DNA of 59,724 nucleotides, filler included. It is 3 parts of 3 records of this genome, joined end to end, with 100 filler letters (N's around TTAATTAATTAA, not from the genome) between each part and the next. Parts side by side here need not be neighbours in the genome. Positions count along the whole stretch, not along the records: positions 1 to 23,021 come from DRR723986_4142; 2 more parts are not named here. One strand, written 5' to 3'. This document shows positions 10,046 to 19,516 of the stretch, one piece after another; within the stretch, counting starts at the first letter, position 1, and every line of letters starts with the position of its first letter. A program made the position numbers and the translations under genes. Below the pieces are notes generated by a model. That model saw only the letters and a program-made list of their open reading frames with translations, searched no databases and was not told the origin of the DNA.

Positions 10046-11521
10046 ATGCAAACGACCGACATCGCCATGTCTCAATCTGATTTGTCCGAAGATCAAGTTG
10101 CGCCGCTTGTTCTCGACCTGGACGGAACCTTGATCCGAACGGATTCGCTCATTGAACAGGCGCTTGCCTACGTCCGATTCAATCCGCTTGGCATTTTCAC
10201 GCTCATTGCGTGGGTGTTCGCGGGGCGTGTGGCCCTGAAAGAACGGCTCGCCGCAGCTGTTGACCTGGACCCCAGTTCCCTGCCCCTGAACGAGGATGTC
10301 GTCGCTTATGCCGAGCAGGAGGCTGCAAAAGGGCGCAAGGTCGTCCTCGCCACAGCAGCGCATCACGAAACAGCCAGACTCTTCAAGGAACAGTTTCCTT
10401 TCATTTCCGAAATTCTGGCGACCAGTTCTTCGGGCAACCTGAAGGGGAAATCCAAGGGCGAAACTCTTGCCAAACGCTTCCCGCAGGGCTTCGACTATGC
10501 CGGGGACAGCCCTGCAGATGTCGCCGTGTGGAAACATGCTCAAAATGCGATCACGGTCGGAGCCTCCGGCTCGACAGTACGCAAGGCAAAAAAAGTTTCG
10601 AATGTGGTGCAGGTATTCCCGCGCCCGCAAGTGCTGAAGGCATTCATAAAATGCCTGCGCCCTCATCAATGGGCGAAGAATATCCTCGTGGCAGTTCCGG
10701 CAGTTCTCTCCGGCCGGATCGTCGATCCCTCGACATACCTCCCTCTCGTGATGACATTCTTCGCGCTGTCCCTTACCGCGTCAGCGACGTATGTCTTCAA
10801 TGACATCTGGGACCTCCAGGATGACCGGCAGCACTGGACCAAAAAGCGCAGGCCATTCGCGAGCGGAACCTTGTCGCTGCCCGTCGGCGTGGCAGGGGCG
10901 TTCGTTTGCTTTGCCGCCGGACTGACCCTGGCGCTGCTCGCGGGTCCTGAGGTCCTGCAATGGGTGCTCATTTATGTGATTGTGACGCTCACTTATTCAC
11001 TGTGGCTGAAGCGCAAGGTCATTCTGGACGCATTGGCGCTGGGCAGCCTGTTCACCCTCCGGCTTGTCGCAGGCATGGTCGCCGTGGCGGCTGTACCTTC
11101 CCCCTGGCTGTTCGTATTCTCGATGTTCATTTTCACATCGCTCGCGTTCGCCAAGCGCCATACCGAAATTGCGCGCGTGATCGACAAGGGCGGTTTCTGG
11201 ATCAATGGACGCGGCTACCGCGCCTCAGACTTGCCATTGGTTCTGGCAGCCGGTGTGGCGAGCTCTGTCGCCGCCGTACTCGTCATGACGCTTTACATTA
11301 TCGAAGACGCGCACAAGCAGATCTTTATCAAGAATGGTGACTGGCTCTGGTTCCTGCCGCCGCTGGTTTTCCTGATTGCCAGCCGCATCTGGATCTTCTG
11401 CCAACGGGGAGAGCTGGATGATGACCCGGTATTCTTCGCCGTCAAAGATCGCGTCTGCATGGCCTATGCAGGCCTGACTGCAGTCTGCTTCGGCCTTGCT
11501 TGGTTCGGGGTGCCGCTGTGA
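10046..11521 (+). CDS. HAD-domain/UbiA-family prenyltransferase (polyprenyl-phosphate phosphoribosyltransferase-like)
   Basis: N-terminal HAD motif DLDGTL and YAGDS; RPHQWAKN; YVFNDIWDLQDDRQHWTKKRRPFASG; DDDPVFFAVKD. Confidence 0.9.
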   Translation: MQTTDIAMSQSDLSEDQVAPLVLDLDGTLIRTDSLIEQALAYVRFNPLGIFTLIAWVFAGRVALKERLAAAVDLDPSSLPLNEDVVAYAEQEAAKGRKVVLATAAHHETARLFKEQFPFISEILATSSSGNLKGKSKGETLAKRFPQGFDYAGDSPADVAVWKHAQNAITVGASGSTVRKAKKVSNVVQVFPRPQVLKAFIKCLRPHQWAKNILVAVPAVLSGRIVDPSTYLPLVMTFFALSLTASATYVFNDIWDLQDDRQHWTKKRRPFASGTLSLPVGVAGAFVCFAAGLTLALLAGPEVLQWVLIYVIVTLTYSLWLKRKVILDALALGSLFTLRLVAGMVAVAAVPSPWLFVFSMFIFTSLAFAKRHTEIARVIDKGGFWINGRGYRASDLPLVLAAGVASSVAAVLVMTLYIIEDAHKQIFIKNGDWLWFLPPLVFLIASRIWIFCQRGELDDDPVFFAVKDRVCMAYAGLTAVCFGLAWFGVPL

Positions 11522-11922
11522 ATCGTCTGCTTGCTGACCAACGCATCCGGTTTCTGTTTGCCGGCGGATCTGCCGCCCTCCTGAATTGGGTCGTTCGTTT
11601 TCCATTGTCCATGTTCATGCCTTATGCGGCGGCCGTCACCCTAGCGACCGCCATCGGCATGGTTGCCGGCTTCTTCCTGTACAAGAACCTCGTCTTTCAC
11701 GGATCAACGCGCTCGCTCTGGCTGCAGATCCGGGACTTCATTGGCGTCAACATTGCAGCAGGCGTCATCACCGTGCTCAGCGCGCTGATCCTCAGCAGCG
11801 GTCCATGGTGGCCGGATGCCTACAAGCATTTTGCCCCCGGCGCGTCACATATGGCCGGCATCGGTATCGGCGCGGTCATCAATTACCTGGGCCACAAGGC
11901 CTTCACCTTCCGCAAAACTTGA
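11518..11922 (+). CDS. GtrA-family lipid-linked sugar translocase
   Basis: About 134 aa, four hydrophobic segments, RFLFAGG start, FFLYKNLVF and NYLGHKAFTF; GTG overlaps the upstream stop. Confidence 0.85.
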   Translation: MNRLLADQRIRFLFAGGSAALLNWVVRFPLSMFMPYAAAVTLATAIGMVAGFFLYKNLVFHGSTRSLWLQIRDFIGVNIAAGVITVLSALILSSGPWWPDAYKHFAPGASHMAGIGIGAVINYLGHKAFTFRKT

Positions 11923-11982
11923 CCCTCCAACCCCGCAATAAGGCACCCCGTACTCAATTCGCGTAATCAAAGGTAAGACACT

Positions 11983-13452
11983 TTGGCATTTGTTTCAGGA
12001 CAGTTTGTTGCTTTCTTCCTGGTCGTGGCGTCGGTTCACTTCCTGCTGCCGGTGCGTGCCCGGTGGATATGGCTGCTCGCAGCCAGTCTGTTGTTCTACG
12101 GACTGGCAGAGCCGATTTTCCTGGTTCAGATCCTGGCGGCAACGGGCATGTCCTTCTGGCTGGCGCAGCGTATTGAAGCTGCGCCCGACAAAAAGGGCAA
12201 ACAGCCGATCATGGCGTTGGGCGTCGTGCTGCTCACCCTCAACCTGCTGGTCTTCAAATACACGCCGTTCCTGAACGAGACACTTCGGTCAATATTGGGC
12301 ATCGCTCACATCGAATATCCCGTTCCGGAGCTCCGCTGGCTGCTGCCGATCGGTATCTCCTTTTACACTTTCCAGCTGATTTCCTACATTGTCGACGTCT
12401 TCCGCGGACAACAGAAGGCGGAACGGGATTTGGGGGCCTTTGCCCTTTATGTGACCTTCTTCCCGAAACTGGTTGCCGGGCCGATTGAGCGGGCCAAAAA
12501 CCTGCTGCCCCAGATCCATGCGCGTCCCGCATTCCAGCGCACGGATGTCATTCTGGGCTTGCAGCTCATTCTGTGGGGCCTGTTCAAGAAAGTCTTTGTG
12601 GCAGACCGGATCGCGCCATTCGTCAATACGATCTATGACAATCCGGATGCCGCCAATGGCGTACAGGTCACATTTGCCACATGGCTCTATGCGTTCCAGC
12701 TCTACTGCGATTTCTCCGGCTACACGGATATGGCCCTCGGCATCGCCCTGGTCTTCGGATACCGCCTGACGCAGAACTTCAACCGGCCATACTTCGCCAC
12801 ATCCATCCAGGACTTCTGGAAACGTTGGCACATCTCGCTGACCTCTTGGCTGACGGACTATATCTATACGCCTCTGATCCGTCAGAAGACGTTCAAGATC
12901 AAACTGTTCAACCTCATTCTCTATGCCATGTTCATCACATTCGTGGTGAGCGGTCTGTGGCATGGTGCAGCCTGGACCTATGTCGTGTGGGGCGCACTGC
13001 ATGGCGGGTATATTGTGGTGTCGCTGATGCTCCAGAAGCGCTGGAATACCTTCGCACGGCGCGTGAAACTTAACGAGCACCCACAGCTTTATCGCTGGCT
13101 GAAAATCGTCGTCACATTCACCCTGGTCTGCTTTGCCTACATCTTCTTCCGGGCCAACAGCATGGAAGACGCCATCCACATGGTCGCCACGCTCGGAACG
13201 GGCTGGGGAGCATTCAAGGACAATGTCCTATCGGTCATAGGTCCGATGCGGAATGAATTCTTCCTTGCGCTCATCGGGATTGCTGTCGTGATGGGCGCCG
13301 AGCTCCTGCAGGATCGGTTCGACATGCGCAAGCTGATCGACAGCCGCCCGGCCTGGACGCGGTGGAGCCTGTACTATGCCGGAACGCTGGCCGTCGTATT
13401 GCTCGGCGCATTCTACGGTTCGCAGACCGACTTCATCTATTTCAGGTTCTAA
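11983..13452 (+). CDS. MBOAT O-acyltransferase (AlgI/PatA/DltB-like)
   Basis: PIGISFYTFQ, FFPKLVAGPIER, YCDFSGYTD, DFWKRWHISL, catalytic SGLWHGA, C-terminal FIYFRF. Confidence 0.95.
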   Translation: MAFVSGQFVAFFLVVASVHFLLPVRARWIWLLAASLLFYGLAEPIFLVQILAATGMSFWLAQRIEAAPDKKGKQPIMALGVVLLTLNLLVFKYTPFLNETLRSILGIAHIEYPVPELRWLLPIGISFYTFQLISYIVDVFRGQQKAERDLGAFALYVTFFPKLVAGPIERAKNLLPQIHARPAFQRTDVILGLQLILWGLFKKVFVADRIAPFVNTIYDNPDAANGVQVTFATWLYAFQLYCDFSGYTDMALGIALVFGYRLTQNFNRPYFATSIQDFWKRWHISLTSWLTDYIYTPLIRQKTFKIKLFNLILYAMFITFVVSGLWHGAAWTYVVWGALHGGYIVVSLMLQKRWNTFARRVKLNEHPQLYRWLKIVVTFTLVCFAYIFFRANSMEDAIHMVATLGTGWGAFKDNVLSVIGPMRNEFFLALIGIAVVMGAELLQDRFDMRKLIDSRPAWTRWSLYYAGTLAVVLLGAFYGSQTDFIYFRF

Positions 13453-13453
13453 A

Positions 13454-14512
13454 ATGGCTTCTCTGGAAAACGTCTCAGAACAGGAAACAGCATCTCAGCC
13501 GGAGCAAGGCCGCTCCGCTCTGCTCTCGGTTGTCGCGCCGGTCGCAGGTCTGCTGCTGGCGGCTTTCGCCACAACTTTTGCCATTGCCGTTGGGGTTCCG
13601 GACGAAACCGACTATGCGAAGGCCTCGGTACTGAAACACGCCGCGCTGGCTGCAGATGACAAGAAGAAGATCGTCCTCGTTGGCGGATCGAATTTCGCCT
13701 ATGGCATGGACAGTCAGGTCCTCAGCAAGGCGACAGGCTGTCCGGTCGTGAACATGGGTATGAACGGCTATTTTGGCGTTCGCTTCATGATGGAGGAAGT
13801 AAAGCCCGAACTTCACAAGGGAGACATTGTCGTCATCGCTTGGGAGTATGACAGCTTCTATAAGTCTGTCGACGGTACAAACACAGATCTCCTCATGGTC
13901 ACGAAGGCAAATCCTGATGCATTCCGCTTCCTGATTCCACGGCAAAAAGTCAGCGTGATCTCCAGATACCCCTTCGTGGCCCAGCAAAAGGTCCTCCGCC
14001 TCATGGGTGATGGCTATGAAGGCCTCACCCATTTGCTGGGCGCCGAAAAGGAAGACGCCGACCCCACCGGAATCAAAGAGGTTGAGAGCTTGGCCAGCTT
14101 CACGCCAAACGGCGACTTGATCGGACACCTCGACAAGACCTGGGCCTATGACCTGGAAGACGGGTTGGACATGTCCACGCTTCCCATGGATGAGGAAATC
14201 GTTCCTCTGATGAAGTCGTTCGCAGACGAAATGAATGCGAAAGGCGTAAAGGTGATGGTTTCCTGGACACCGATCATTGACGATTTTTATAACCGGCATA
14301 CCGCGGAAATCGAACGCCTGAGCGCACAGATGTCCGCAATCCCGGAATTCAATATCGCCCGCCCGGCGCACGATTTCGTATTTCCTGCGTCTCAACATTT
14401 CGACACTGTCTTTCACCTCAATGCCGAGGGCCGGGCAATCAGGTCCGAAATGCTGACCGAAGACATTCTATCCGAATTTGGCGACGACGCCATTTGCGCA
14501 CCCACCCCCTGA
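13454..14512 (+). CDS. Membrane-anchored SGNH/DltD/AlgJ-like acyltransferase
   Basis: One N-terminal TM helix, LVGGSN (block I Ser), VNMG, FDTVFHLNAEG (DxxH); starts 1 nt after the MBOAT stop. Confidence 0.7.
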   Translation: MASLENVSEQETASQPEQGRSALLSVVAPVAGLLLAAFATTFAIAVGVPDETDYAKASVLKHAALAADDKKKIVLVGGSNFAYGMDSQVLSKATGCPVVNMGMNGYFGVRFMMEEVKPELHKGDIVVIAWEYDSFYKSVDGTNTDLLMVTKANPDAFRFLIPRQKVSVISRYPFVAQQKVLRLMGDGYEGLTHLLGAEKEDADPTGIKEVESLASFTPNGDLIGHLDKTWAYDLEDGLDMSTLPMDEEIVPLMKSFADEMNAKGVKVMVSWTPIIDDFYNRHTAEIERLSAQMSAIPEFNIARPAHDFVFPASQHFDTVFHLNAEGRAIRSEMLTEDILSEFGDDAICAPTP

Positions 14513-14532
14513 ACAACACCAAGGATATTCCC

Positions 14533-14778
14533 ATGACTGAAGAACAGGCTTTTGAAGAGATCACGACGATCGTCCGCCGAATGCTGGAAGACAAAGGGGC
14601 TGACGTGCCGGAGATCGACTCCAGTACCGAACTCCTCGGCGGCGCCATCAGTATCGACTCTCTGGATCTGGCCATGCTTGTGCTTGAAATGGAGGGCATA
14701 GCCGGTTTCGACCCATTCGCTGAAGGCTTCATCGAATTCCGCACCATGGGCGAACTCGCAAAGCTTTACGCAAAATGA
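14533..14778 (+). CDS. Acyl carrier protein
   Basis: 81-aa acidic protein with IDSLDL phosphopantetheine site; AAGGA RBS. Confidence 0.9.
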   Translation: MTEEQAFEEITTIVRRMLEDKGADVPEIDSSTELLGGAISIDSLDLAMLVLEMEGIAGFDPFAEGFIEFRTMGELAKLYAK

Positions 14779-16073
14779 CGACAACCAGCGCCTTCGCTCT
14801 CGAGCCGGACGATCAGACCCCCCTACTCGCGCTTTCATCAGGGATACAAAGCCGTGGCGATCTCGCACGTGCCGGCGACTCCCTGGCGCGAGCGATGGGT
14901 GAGACTGGCGTCTCCCGTGTCATGGTGCAGTCGGACAACCCGTTTGACATTCTGCGCTCCATCGACGCCGCGAGCCGCACAGGCGCTGACCTTTTCATAG
15001 CACACACCAACCTGCCCGCCGCAAATATCGATGCTGTCATCGACAAGTTTGGCGTGCAGATGGTGACCGGCGAAACCGACCGGATGACCGGCAAGACGCC
15101 GGCTTCGCCTGCCAATGCGCGCATCTTCATGATGACCTCCGGCACCACAGGCGCCCCGAAAATCGCATCCCACAGCCTTCCGGCCCTGATGAGCCGCGCC
15201 CGGGCCGCGATGCATCCCGGAAACCGTGGTGCAAAATGGCTTCTCACCTACCAGCCGACCGGCTTTGCCGGAGTTCAGGTCCAACTGACGGGAGTGATCG
15301 GCCGGGGCGTGATCGTCGCACCACAGGAGCGCACGCCGGCCGGCTTCCTCGAAGCCGCCAAAGCGAACGGCGTCACGCAAATTTCCGCAACGCCGACATT
15401 CTGGCGCGCATTCCTGATGGCTGTCCGGCCTGACGACCTGGACCTCCGCCAGATCACGCTGGGCGGAGAGGCAGCCGATCAGACAACACTCGACCGCATA
15501 CGGAAAGCATTCCCGAATGCTCGCATCACGCACATTTATGCGTCGACCGAGGCTGGCGTCGTGTTTTCCGTCCATGATGGCCTGGAAGGCTTTCCGGCCG
15601 AGTGGCTGGAGAAGAAGACTCAAGGCGTGTCGCTTCGGGTGCGGGACGGGTTCCTGCACATCCACACCCCTAATGCGATGAGCGGCTATGCCTCAGACAC
15701 GGCCCAACCCCGTCGTGACGATGGCTGGCTGGTCACCGCAGACCGGGTGGAGATCCGGGGAGACCGCGCTTTCATTGTCGGGCGCGATGACAGCACGATC
15801 AACGTGGCCGGTTCCAAGGTCTATCCGCTTATGGTGGAGCAATTCCTGCTCACCCAGCCCGGCGTGGTCGAAGCGCATGTCTATGGTGTCGCAAACCCAA
15901 TCAGCGGCCAGCTCGTCGCGGCAGATATCGTGCTCGAGCCGGATATGGATGCTACCGCAACGCGTAGCGCCATTCTGAAAGCGTGCAGAGAAAATCTCGC
16001 CCAGTACCAGGTACCCCGCGCCCTTAAAATTGTCGACGCCATTGCAGTCCGGGAATCCGGCAAGAAAGGTTGA
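14775..16073 (+). CDS. AMP-binding (ANL) acid:CoA/ACP ligase
   Basis: MTSGTTGAPK P-loop, IYASTEAG, GRDDSTINVAGSKVYP, C-terminal SGK. Confidence 0.9.
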   Translation: MTTTSAFALEPDDQTPLLALSSGIQSRGDLARAGDSLARAMGETGVSRVMVQSDNPFDILRSIDAASRTGADLFIAHTNLPAANIDAVIDKFGVQMVTGETDRMTGKTPASPANARIFMMTSGTTGAPKIASHSLPALMSRARAAMHPGNRGAKWLLTYQPTGFAGVQVQLTGVIGRGVIVAPQERTPAGFLEAAKANGVTQISATPTFWRAFLMAVRPDDLDLRQITLGGEAADQTTLDRIRKAFPNARITHIYASTEAGVVFSVHDGLEGFPAEWLEKKTQGVSLRVRDGFLHIHTPNAMSGYASDTAQPRRDDGWLVTADRVEIRGDRAFIVGRDDSTINVAGSKVYPLMVEQFLLTQPGVVEAHVYGVANPISGQLVAADIVLEPDMDATATRSAILKACRENLAQYQVPRALKIVDAIAVRESGKKG

Positions 16074-16843
16074 TCCGAATGATCCCGACCTCCTCCGAAA
16101 CCACCAACCGCCACGTCATCGTTACAGGCGGCAGTCGCGGTCTGGGCGCCGCCATGATCAGCGGGCTGCTGGCAGATGGATATCGGGTGTCGACATGTTC
16201 ACGCTCGAAATCCGCAAACATCGAAGCCCTCGAAACGCACCCAGAATATGGCAGCCGCTTTTTCTGGCAGCGCTGCGAAGTGGGTGAAGGCAACCAGGTG
16301 GACGAATTCGTTGATGCCGCCGTCGAGGCTGCAGGCGACATGGGTCTCTGGGGACTCGTCAACAATGCCGGCGTCGCCCAGACCGGCATTCTTGCCTCTT
16401 TCCCGAACCGTGAAACGGAAAAAATTCTCAAGGTGAACCTGTTCGGCGCTATCCAGGCGGCGCGAGCCGCGTCGGAACCGATGCTGCGGGGCCGCAAAGG
16501 CGGCCGCATCCTCAACATTTCGTCGATCATTGGCAGCCGCGGCTATAATGGCATGAGCGCCTACTCTGCCTCAAAGGCGGGGATGGATGGCCTCACCCGC
16601 GCCCTTGCCCGGGAACTCGGCCGCCGGAAGATCACCGTGAACTCAGTGGCTCCGGGATATGTGCTGACTGAGATGTCCTCCGTGCTGACACCGGTTCAAC
16701 TCAACCAGATTGTCCATCGCACGCCTCTGGGCATGCTTGCCGAGGACGAGGATGTTACCAATCTGGTGCGCTTCCTGCTGTCGGACGCATCACGCATGAT
16801 CACGGGGCAGACGATCCTGGTCGACGGCGGGATCTCCTGCTGA
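16070..16843 (+). CDS. FabG-like SDR oxidoreductase
   Basis: TGGSRGLG, LVNNAG, YSASK, VNSVAPG, ITGQTILVDGG. Confidence 0.9.
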   Translation: MIRMIPTSSETTNRHVIVTGGSRGLGAAMISGLLADGYRVSTCSRSKSANIEALETHPEYGSRFFWQRCEVGEGNQVDEFVDAAVEAAGDMGLWGLVNNAGVAQTGILASFPNRETEKILKVNLFGAIQAARAASEPMLRGRKGGRILNISSIIGSRGYNGMSAYSASKAGMDGLTRALARELGRRKITVNSVAPGYVLTEMSSVLTPVQLNQIVHRTPLGMLAEDEDVTNLVRFLLSDASRMITGQTILVDGGISC

Positions 16844-16931
16844 GTTCAGGCCAGCGGGAACCAGCGCCTAAGGGGCGATGTGCGAGGAACCGACAAAAGC
16901 GCGTGCCGCGAACTGGAAGAAGGGCGACAGA

Positions 16932-18236
16932 ATGACGACTTTGGTGCTGAGCTTCGCTCAACTCTTCGGAACAGCTTTGGGCATGGCCGTCATCTGGCGC
17001 CTCTCCCGCTCAGCGATGCCAGCCCGGCTGGTATTTGCGATTGCTGCCATCCTGTCCGGCCTGATGGCCTTGGTCGTGTTTGCAATCAGTGAACCTTCGC
17101 ACCTGTTTGAGGATTTCACGGACGCTTATCTTGCCGCGGGCCAAGCGGTGCTCAGCGGGCCGGAAGCCTTGCGGCCGGAAATCGAGCTGGGCGCCCATGG
17201 TTTCGTGAACCTGCCCATCGTGGCCTATCTGTTCACGCCGTTTGCTTTGCTGCCTGATCACATGGCTTCCCTGGCATTCCTGCTGGCAGGCATTGGCGCC
17301 ATGCTTGGGGCTTGGTGGCTGATCTGCCGGCATTTCCGTTTCGACCGCACGGTATCCGCACTGAGCCTCTTCGTGATGTCCAGCTTCGGACCCATGCTCT
17401 ACAGCGTGCGCGAAGGCAACACGTCGCACATCCTGCTTTTGGCTCTGATGGGCGGACTGGTCTTGTCCCGTGGCCGGCGAGACTATCTGGCTGGAATTGT
17501 CTTTGCCGCAGCAGCCATCATCAAGCCGCCACTGCTGTTGATCGGGATCTATTTTGCCCTGCGCCAGCGCTGGCGTGTGGTCGCTGGCGGCCTCGGAATG
17601 TGCGTCGGCACGCTGGCTTTGTCGTTGCTGGTATTCGGCTGGGACATGCATGCCCTGTGGATTGCCAACTTCCGTGAATATGCGGGCGCCCCCATGCCGG
17701 GCTTCAACACGCAATCCCTGGCGGCCGCCACATTGCGGTTCATGCTCGGACCAGACTCCTATCTGGACTGGGAGCCTCACGCCCTTCCCGGTCTCGCCAG
17801 ATCTGTCATCCTCGGGCTGACCCTGATCCTGCTCGCAATCGGTGTCTGGGCGTCTCGGCGCGCAGGCGACGCTGATGACCGCGAAGACATGCACATCTCC
17901 CTGTTGCTCGCTTTCATCTGCATCGCCAGCACGGTGTCATGGTCGCACTACTATACCTGGCTCATACCGGCTTTTGCCCTCGTCTATTCCCGTCTGAAAA
18001 ACGAAGATCTTCTCACCTGGCCGGTGATCTCGGCGCTGGCTGCGTTTATCCTCGCCATGCCGGCGGAACGGATCGGCCACGCGGAAACCGGGCGCCTGCC
18101 GGATATCATAGCTGGCGTCGCATCATCTCACCTGCTGTGGGCTGGCCTGTTGCTCTACGGTTTGCTGATCTGGCTCGCGGCAGGTTCGCTGGCCAGCCGC
18201 CGCAACAGGACCAGCACGCCCAGCGCCGAGAAATAG
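16932..18236 (+). CDS. GT87-family (GT-C) glycosyltransferase
   Basis: Polytopic; EDFTDAY, FVNLP, EGN, IKPP, NTQSL, SWSHYY motifs. Confidence 0.8.
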   Translation: MTTLVLSFAQLFGTALGMAVIWRLSRSAMPARLVFAIAAILSGLMALVVFAISEPSHLFEDFTDAYLAAGQAVLSGPEALRPEIELGAHGFVNLPIVAYLFTPFALLPDHMASLAFLLAGIGAMLGAWWLICRHFRFDRTVSALSLFVMSSFGPMLYSVREGNTSHILLLALMGGLVLSRGRRDYLAGIVFAAAAIIKPPLLLIGIYFALRQRWRVVAGGLGMCVGTLALSLLVFGWDMHALWIANFREYAGAPMPGFNTQSLAAATLRFMLGPDSYLDWEPHALPGLARSVILGLTLILLAIGVWASRRAGDADDREDMHISLLLAFICIASTVSWSHYYTWLIPAFALVYSRLKNEDLLTWPVISALAAFILAMPAERIGHAETGRLPDIIAGVASSHLLWAGLLLYGLLIWLAAGSLASRRNRTSTPSAEK

Positions 18237-19480
18237 AGATAGGACTGCGCAATATTCAGCGGCGCCCCGTCCAGGGCGCGCGTGAACCCAAAGCTGTTGG
18301 CCGCGAATATGTAGCAAACCACAAAAGCGATCAGGAGCGGACGCTGGCTGAGGTTTTGCCGCCAGTTGGCCATTGCTATGACAAACAACGCCGCAAACAT
18401 CGGCGCCATGACGCCATAGTGATGCTCCCAGGCGATCGGAGATGCTGCGGTAAACGCCAATGCGGCGAGCATGAAATCGAACAGCGATGCCATCGGCCCG
18501 TCACCACGCCGTACACGGAGCGATAGCACCAGAATGGCGACCGTGGCAATCATCGATCCTGCGTAGACAAGGAGTGAGTATGGCGGGAAACCGCCTGCCT
18601 CCCAGTCGCTGACACCATTGCCTGCCAGGCGGTGTAGCAGACCATTCATGGACTGGTTCGCCCAATAGGACTCTCCATGCCGCGACAGGAATTGCAGCAC
18701 GGATATGTACTCCAGATGGTTCATGAACCCGAACAGCAAGATTGAAATCAGCAGCCCACCTGCCCCCACGATGCAGAGCGGAACGATAAAGCGCCACTCC
18801 TTCCTCAGGAGCCCCCAAATCAGGAACAGGCCGAATTGCGGTTTCAGCAGGCAGATCAATCCGATTGCGACACCAGCAGACGCCCGCCGGTCTACCGCCC
18901 AGGCGAGGCAGGCAAGCGCGAACAGCATGTTGATCCACACCTGCAGCTGTCCGAGATTGTACGCCATCATGACAGGATAGAAGACCAGCACGGCCGCACC
19001 GGACATGCCGACGGCAAGAACCCTCTGCTGCAGGCTCACCTGAAATTCCGCCCGTCCGAGCAGAACATGCACCAGGCCCGATACAGAGACGGCTGTTATC
19101 AGGATGAAAAGCCGGTTCACCCCGTTCAGGAAACCAGCGGTCGGCTCTATGCCCAATGCTTCGAATACCGCGATCGGCAACAGGCTTGTCGGCGCATACT
19201 GAAACTTGTTCTGCCCTTCGAAGAAGATCGCATCGTAGAGGCCGCCGTCCGGATTTTTGCGGATCCAGTCGAGCGCAATCTCCATGACGTGCCAGGAATC
19301 CCCGGATTCCCCGGCACTGCCGAGCAGCCATCTATAGGTCGGCCACCAGGCGGACCAACCGGTCAGGCGAAGCAGCAGATAATTCAGAGGCAGCGACACC
19401 GCCAGCAATGCAGCCGCGCAAACAAGGAAGCGCATCCGGCGGTCTTCCCACTGTCCCCTGATCCATTCCACTGCAGTCAT
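18155..19480 (-). CDS. GT87-family (GT-C) glycosyltransferase, second copy
   Basis: Polytopic; FQYAP, LGQ, LKPQ, NQSMNG, SPIAWEHHY. Confidence 0.8.
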   Translation of the reverse strand: MTAVEWIRGQWEDRRMRFLVCAAALLAVSLPLNYLLLRLTGWSAWWPTYRWLLGSAGESGDSWHVMEIALDWIRKNPDGGLYDAIFFEGQNKFQYAPTSLLPIAVFEALGIEPTAGFLNGVNRLFILITAVSVSGLVHVLLGRAEFQVSLQQRVLAVGMSGAAVLVFYPVMMAYNLGQLQVWINMLFALACLAWAVDRRASAGVAIGLICLLKPQFGLFLIWGLLRKEWRFIVPLCIVGAGGLLISILLFGFMNHLEYISVLQFLSRHGESYWANQSMNGLLHRLAGNGVSDWEAGGFPPYSLLVYAGSMIATVAILVLSLRVRRGDGPMASLFDFMLAALAFTAASPIAWEHHYGVMAPMFAALFVIAMANWRQNLSQRPLLIAFVVCYIFAANSFGFTRALDGAPLNIAQSYLYFSALGVLVLLRRLASEPAASQISKP

Positions 19481-19516
19481 CCCCCTGATCCCGATACCGG
19501 TCAGCCGATACCAAAC

